The notes beneath the pieces are model-generated. The model did no database searches and was not told where the DNA came from. It saw nothing but the letters and a program-made list of their open reading frames with translations. 64,000 bases of DNA. Origin: Methanobacteriota archaeon. Lineage in GTDB: Archaea; Methanobacteriota; Methanobacteria; Methanobacteriales; Methanobacteriaceae. Position numbers and translations under genes: made by a program. Positions 59,168-64,000 of this stretch are shown piece after piece; within the stretch, counting starts at the first letter, position 1; each line of letters begins with the position of its first letter. Where the stretch lies: assembly GCA_963787255.1 (NCBI GenBank), contig CAWBCJ010000029.1, positions 992,001-1,056,000 on the forward strand, in the 5' to 3' direction.

Positions 59168-59663
59168 AGTTTTTTCTAGTATTTATAGTTTTCGTTCTAA
59201 AATTCCCCAAGATAGTCATTAACTATAAGATAGGATTCAATAAAAAAAACTCGAAATAGGATATATTGATCAAAAAAAACACGCTTAAATCAAAAACAGT
59301 ACTAAGCAGTGAACAATTGCTACCATAATAACCCTACCCATGTCAGCAATCATAGACTAAGCCAATATCAATATGTATAATGGATAACAGAAAGATTAGA
59401 GTTATCATATTCATTTTGGTACTATAGTTCATTTTACTTTTAATTTCCTTCTCAAATCATTTTAGTAAAATTAAAGAACTTGTTATGCACCTAATTTTTA
59501 TATTAATAGTTTATTGTAGATTTTTTAGTGTAAATAAGCTGTTTGGATGGATTTGTATATAATTTGGGAGAAAACTATTTTTATGTGTGTTACAGATTAT
59601 GATGTAATGATTTTTTTTAAATTATTATTAAATTAAAAATATAGTGGAAAGGTGATTATTTAC

Positions 59664-59912
59664 ATGTTAAGTTTATCAACAACTTTATGGGCTTTTGGAG
59701 TAGGAAAAGCTGGCGGATTAGGATCATTCGGTAAGATGGGTGGTTTAGGAGGTATAGGGAACACAGGAATTCTTGGAAAGCTTGGAATAATAATGCTCCT
59801 TGGAAGATTGGGATTACATGGAATTTGGGCTACTGGCGCATTTTTTGTTATCATACTCCTTGTATTGTCTGGAATATTTTATATGGTGTATAGATACAGG
59901 ATAAGGGGATAA
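59664..59912 (+). CDS. Small Gly-rich membrane protein
   Basis: GxxG repeats followed by a C-terminal TM; AGGTGA RBS. Confidence 0.65.
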   Translation: MLSLSTTLWAFGVGKAGGLGSFGKMGGLGGIGNTGILGKLGIIMLLGRLGLHGIWATGAFFVIILLVLSGIFYMVYRYRIRG

Positions 59913-60041
59913 TAACATGGTTTAATCTTATAAATTTAATTTTTATCGTCCCTAATTATATGATCAGTTTAAGCTGCCCTAAACATATGGAATAAATTAA
60001 AAAGGAGTCTAAGCATCAAAAAAGAAAAATCTGAACAAGAA

Positions 60042-60446
60042 ATGTTTTACGAGCTTACTTATTACACTGGTACTCATCCTGATCCTTCATTTATGCATCA
60101 ATATGCGGTCGATGCATTCGCGGCCCAATGTGCCGATAAAAACACTAAACCTATTACTCTGGCATTCGCTCTTATTGGTCTTTATTTGCATATAGAAAAG
60201 AACTTTTCAGGAAAAGAAGTGCAAAAGGCACATATGAAATTAGGAAAACATCGAAAACAGTGGCCAAAATTCAATTTACCAAAATACAGAGGCAATATCA
60301 CGATTTCATATGTACTTGCTACTCCACCAGGTTCTAAACGGGATGAAGCAATTATTAAATGGTGTGCTTCTGTTTGGGAAGCATATAATAAATGTCATGA
60401 AAAAGTTGCGGATTTAGTGCAGACCGAGTTATGGGAGAAAAAATAG
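60042..60446 (+). CDS. Hypothetical protein (DUF5946-like)
   Basis: HQ..VDA.AAQ, L.GLYL..E, W..SVW.A motifs. Confidence 0.65.
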   Translation: MFYELTYYTGTHPDPSFMHQYAVDAFAAQCADKNTKPITLAFALIGLYLHIEKNFSGKEVQKAHMKLGKHRKQWPKFNLPKYRGNITISYVLATPPGSKRDEAIIKWCASVWEAYNKCHEKVADLVQTELWEKK

Positions 60447-60626
60447 ATTAAAATACTTATATTCTTCTAATAAGAACTTTTAAACTTATTATTTTAATCT
60501 ACAAGTTGTATTTAAGTTTCATTCATTTTTTCCTTTTTAAATGTCCCTAGTTGTTCTATTATTTAACGAAAATATTACATAATATTAAGACCATAATAAT
60601 AGTATAAAAAAAGGAGTTGTTATACT

Positions 60627-60833
60627 ATGCCAGATTTAGGACCATTAGGACGAGGGGGAGCTCGAAGAAGAACAAGAAGAAGGATGGGTGCAATGAATGA
60701 GATGACTAAGTCAGAAGAACCATCCGGAGAAACTGAAAAGCCCCTTAACACGGATAAATTGGAAAAATTAGCCAGGCTTCTAAAAGATAAAGGAGTTATC
60801 ACCGAAGAAGAATTTAACCTTTTATTTGATTAA
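60627..60833 (+). CDS. SHOCT-domain small protein
   Basis: LEKLA.L.DKGVITEEEF; GGAG RBS. Confidence 0.75.
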   Translation: MPDLGPLGRGGARRRTRRRMGAMNEMTKSEEPSGETEKPLNTDKLEKLARLLKDKGVITEEEFNLLFD

Positions 60834-61099
60834 ACATTTTTAGATCCTTGAAAGATTATTATTTTTATAATTTTTATTTTTTGTTGCAATTAGCTACCGG
60901 GATAGGGTTAACGAGTTTGTAAAAGCAGATAAAAATAGAAGCCCTAAATTACATTAAACAATTTCCAAATATAATCATGTATTAATATATATTATTAAAA
61001 ACAAAATATTATTATATTGCGGTAGAGCCATGCTTAATGTAATCTTATGGCAATCTACTGTAGCCGAATGAAGGCATGCAAACGGAGGATTTTATCTAT

Positions 61100-62365
61100 A
61101 TGTCTGAGGATTTTAACTTAAGATCAAGAGACTATTGGAAGCGTATGGCATGGGGCCTGTTTTTAGGGTTGATAAGTGCAATAGGGGCATTTATATTCAT
61201 CATCATCATGAACATGGGACAAAACCTGGTCTTTTCTAACATAACAGATAATTGGATACCATTTTCTGGTCCATGGTGGATAGTTGGCGTTATGACAGTG
61301 GCTGGTTTAATAGTAGGTATAATCCATCGATATACCTCTGCCCAAGAAATGAATGCATTTGAAGCCATAGACAAAGGATATTTAGATCCCAAGCCTGTGC
61401 CGTCTTCACTTCTGGCATCACTTGTATCTCTAATTGGTGGGTTCAGTCTTGGTCCTGAAGTGCCCACCGGTTTTTTGGCAGCAGGTCTGGGAAGTTGGGT
61501 CTCTAAGCGACTCAAAATGGATTCTAAAACAACCAGAAGCAATGTTATGAGCAGTGTTTCCGGTGCATATTCCGGTCTTTTCTCTTCGCCGTTTGCAATG
61601 TTGCTGATACTGTTGGAATCAACCCACTTCCAGTCTATAGCTTACTATGGAACTTTGTTGATCGCTGGACTTGCAGCAGTGGTTGGGTTTGGTCTCTTTT
61701 ATACACTTGATGGATTGAATTTCTCGTCGCTACTGGGAATTTTATCACCACCGGCCTACGATTTGAAGATTTGGCATCTGGTAGTGAGTGTTGCATTTGG
61801 TATTCTGGCTGTTCCATTTGCTTTAATATTTGTGATTTTGACCAGGATTCTCAATCGTTTAGTTGAGCCGTTAAACAGTAAACCAATCATACGCAGTACT
61901 TTGGGAGGATTGCTGTTAGGCTTGTTGGCCGTTGTAATACCCTCAACGATTGGTTTAGGCACTACTGAAATGTCTATAGTTACTCAGCAGGCTGCAGAAA
62001 TCGGAGTCTTGCTTCTTGTTGTGTTTGCTTTGGCTAAACTGTTGGCCTTAAGTGGAGCATTGTCATTCGGTTTTATCGGTGGTCCTATCTTCCCGCTTCT
62101 ATTTGTAGGTTCAACTCTGGGGGCTGCTATCAATCTAATTTTCCCCCAAGTGCCACTGGGTTTGGCCTTGGGCTGCATGATAGTGGCAGTGCCCGCGGCC
62201 ATTGTACCCATTCCAATTGCACTGGGGGCAATAGGCATTATTATTATTGGCTTATCGCCTGCTAATACCATCCCTGTCTTTATATCAGCATTGGTAGCGT
62301 TTTCTATAACTCATGGGCTGATTATGGGTGGAGATCAAAAGAAGACATCAGAAGAAAAAGTTTGA
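61100..62365 (+). CDS. ClC-family chloride channel/transporter-like protein
   Basis: G.SLGPE.P and GF.GGPIFP.LF.G motifs; many TMs. Confidence 0.88.
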   Translation: MSEDFNLRSRDYWKRMAWGLFLGLISAIGAFIFIIIMNMGQNLVFSNITDNWIPFSGPWWIVGVMTVAGLIVGIIHRYTSAQEMNAFEAIDKGYLDPKPVPSSLLASLVSLIGGFSLGPEVPTGFLAAGLGSWVSKRLKMDSKTTRSNVMSSVSGAYSGLFSSPFAMLLILLESTHFQSIAYYGTLLIAGLAAVVGFGLFYTLDGLNFSSLLGILSPPAYDLKIWHLVVSVAFGILAVPFALIFVILTRILNRLVEPLNSKPIIRSTLGGLLLGLLAVVIPSTIGLGTTEMSIVTQQAAEIGVLLLVVFALAKLLALSGALSFGFIGGPIFPLLFVGSTLGAAINLIFPQVPLGLALGCMIVAVPAAIVPIPIALGAIGIIIIGLSPANTIPVFISALVAFSITHGLIMGGDQKKTSEEKV

Positions 62366-62467
62366 ACAATTCTTTTTTATGAAAAAAAGTCGATAATTTA
62401 AATTAAAAAAAATTGAAATTCGATTCTTAATTTTTCATAATTATTTATTTTTAAACCTATTAATGAA

Positions 62468-62650
62468 TTATTCTTTCTTCTTAAACCGGTCCCGGGCCCT
62501 GACAAGTCCAAGAATTATAAAACCAATAATAATTGCAATAATAATTCCATAAATTACTCCAACTCCTACAACAAGTATTGCATTGACCACTGTATTTATA
62601 AAATTACTTATTGCATCAATTATTGAAGATATTATGTCTAAAGGTATCAT
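62468..62650 (-). CDS. Small membrane protein
   Basis: 60-aa ORF with hydrophobic stretch and basic C-terminus. Confidence 0.6.
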   Translation of the reverse strand: MIPLDIISSIIDAISNFINTVVNAILVVGVGVIYGIIIAIIIGFIILGLVRARDRFKKKE

Positions 62651-62870
62651 AGTTAATAATATTCTAATTCCAATTTAATAAACTCTTTTATATAATTCAT
62701 ATTTGACAAATATCTTAAATATGGATAAAATGGCTCAAAATTCCCTTAAAATATTGTCTAAATGGTATGAGATAGAAAATATATGAGTTAATTTATATTT
62801 TTTACGCATTAATGACTTATTTTGTGGTTTGAAACTTATATTAATGCTATTTTTGTCTATTTTAGATGAA

Positions 62871-63266
62871 CTATTCATTTTCATCAATTATCTTTTGAAC
62901 CAGGGCGGAATCAACATAGGCATGCACTTTAACTATTAATTTATTTTCAAATTCAACAATCCAGCAGTAGGTATTATTAAAAGGCTTTCCATTTAAGGCT
63001 GTGGAAAGTGATTCCATTTCAATAACTGCAGTATTGCCTTGAACAATAATGTTATTTATTTTTAAAACCACTCTTTCTTTTAATATTTTATTTAACCGCT
63101 CAAAAGTGTGTGATATGAAGTCTTCTTTGCTTTTGTAGGTTCCTGCAAGTGGATGTGTTCCCATTACTGTCCAATTAACGTTATCTGCTACATGTTCAAA
63201 GAATTGGCTGTTATCTGTTTTAAGATAATTAAATAGTTTTTCTACTTGATTCAATGTTATTGGCAT
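62871..63266 (-). CDS. SnoaL/NTF2-like protein
   Basis: ADNVNWTV.G.HPLAG.Y, NTYCW, AYVDS. Confidence 0.88.
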   Translation of the reverse strand: MPITLNQVEKLFNYLKTDNSQFFEHVADNVNWTVMGTHPLAGTYKSKEDFISHTFERLNKILKERVVLKINNIIVQGNTAVIEMESLSTALNGKPFNNTYCWIVEFENKLIVKVHAYVDSALVQKIIDENE

Positions 63267-63442
63267 GATTTTATCCCCCGTTAATATAAATCTTTGATTA
63301 TTTTTTATGTGTTAGATATTAACCTTTTTTTGTAAGGGGTTTGCTTTTTTTAGCCATTTTTTTTATTACAATTATTTGGTTAAATATAATACTCAAAAAG
63401 TATATAGTATTACGTGGATTTAAACTAATTGAGGTGAATTAA

Positions 63443-63727
63443 ATGCATTACGTGCTTGTAATAAATAAAATTGAGGATTATGATAAATGGAGGCCTGTTT
63501 TCGATGAAAATATGACCAATCGAAAGGATAATGGCTCTAAAGAGGCACATGTCTTCCGCAGCTCAGATAATCCTAACGAAATTGTGATTTTATATAAATG
63601 GGATAACCTGGATAATGCTCGAAAATTTTTTGAATCCTCTGACTTTAAAACTAAAATAAAAAGTGCGGGATTAATGGGCAAACCTGATATCCATTTCATT
63701 GAAGGAATAGGAAAAACTTCAGCTTAA
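63443..63727 (+). CDS. ABM-like/cyclase dimeric alpha-beta barrel protein
   Basis: [26 protein letters not shown]. Confidence 0.75.
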   Translation: MHYVLVINKIEDYDKWRPVFDENMTNRKDNGSKEAHVFRSSDNPNEIVILYKWDNLDNARKFFESSDFKTKIKSAGLMGKPDIHFIEGIGKTSA

Positions 63728-64000
63728 AAAAACCGGAATCAAACCTTTACTATTTCCAGTAATGCATTCTCCACCATTACGACTCACAATAAACGTATTT
63801 TCAATTCCAACCATTCCAATATCTTTAATTCCTTTTTTAGGTTCCACTGCAAACACCATTCCTTCCTGCAATGGCATATTAAACCCTTCTGCAATTACAG
63901 GTAATTCATCAATCAACAGCCCTATTCCATGCCCTAAAAACTTCACTTTACGCTTTCCAAAACCCATGAAGTTTCGAAGAAACTCTTCATCTAGATTATT
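63719..64000 (-). CDS. M24 (Xaa-Pro) peptidase family protein, C-terminal part (truncated by window edge)
   Basis: [24 protein letters not shown]. Confidence 0.88.
   Translation of the reverse strand, partial: NNLDEEFLRNFMGFGKRKVKFLGHGIGLLIDELPVIAEGFNMPLQEGMVFAVEPKKGIKDIGMVGIENTFIVSRNGGECITGNSKGLIPVFLS

Noticed and set aside
59290-59415. Hydrophobic interrupted frames on the minus strand
   Set aside because: Too short and interrupted by stops to support a pseudogene call

Overview
AT-rich archaeal chromosome segment, most consistent with a Methanobacteriales methanogen (Methanobacterium-like). The assignment rests on gene order, eukaryote-type r-proteins, RNAP subunits D/N/K, the archaeal mevalonate genes and GGTGA/GGAGG RBS motifs. 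Bases ~0.2-37.5 kb are conserved core, all on the + strand: a SPOUT methyltransferase, the L3-spc-secY r-protein supercluster, cbf5, tRNA-Ser, the S13-S4-S11-rpoD-L18e-L13-S9-rpoN cluster, a two-intron tRNA-Pro, rpoK, eno, ferredoxin, rps2, MEMO, mvk-ipk-fni-rnj-idsA, gltX, dapL, an M20 peptidase and purA. Bases ~37.7-64 kb are a mosaic accessory region: CPBP protease, ArsR-LonA, TRAM, VapBC, an SNase-fold nuclease, a papain-like protease, zinc-ribbon proteins, GT20/OtsA, a GHMP kinase, PadR, a ClC channel and gene remnants. Highlights are a tRNA-Pro whose anticodon is a 5-nt exon with predicted C33 and whose first base is the last base of the rpoN stop codon, a uS3 tail made of a 51-bp tandem repeat, a triple ATGT-N8-ACAT PadR operator, and two separated remnants of a secreted-protein gene. 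Single-base indels break essential genes (secY, dapL), which points to assembly errors. No CRISPR array, rRNA, transposase or integrase was seen, and I cannot firmly establish a novel multi-gene system. All product calls come from motif and family recognition, not from database searches.
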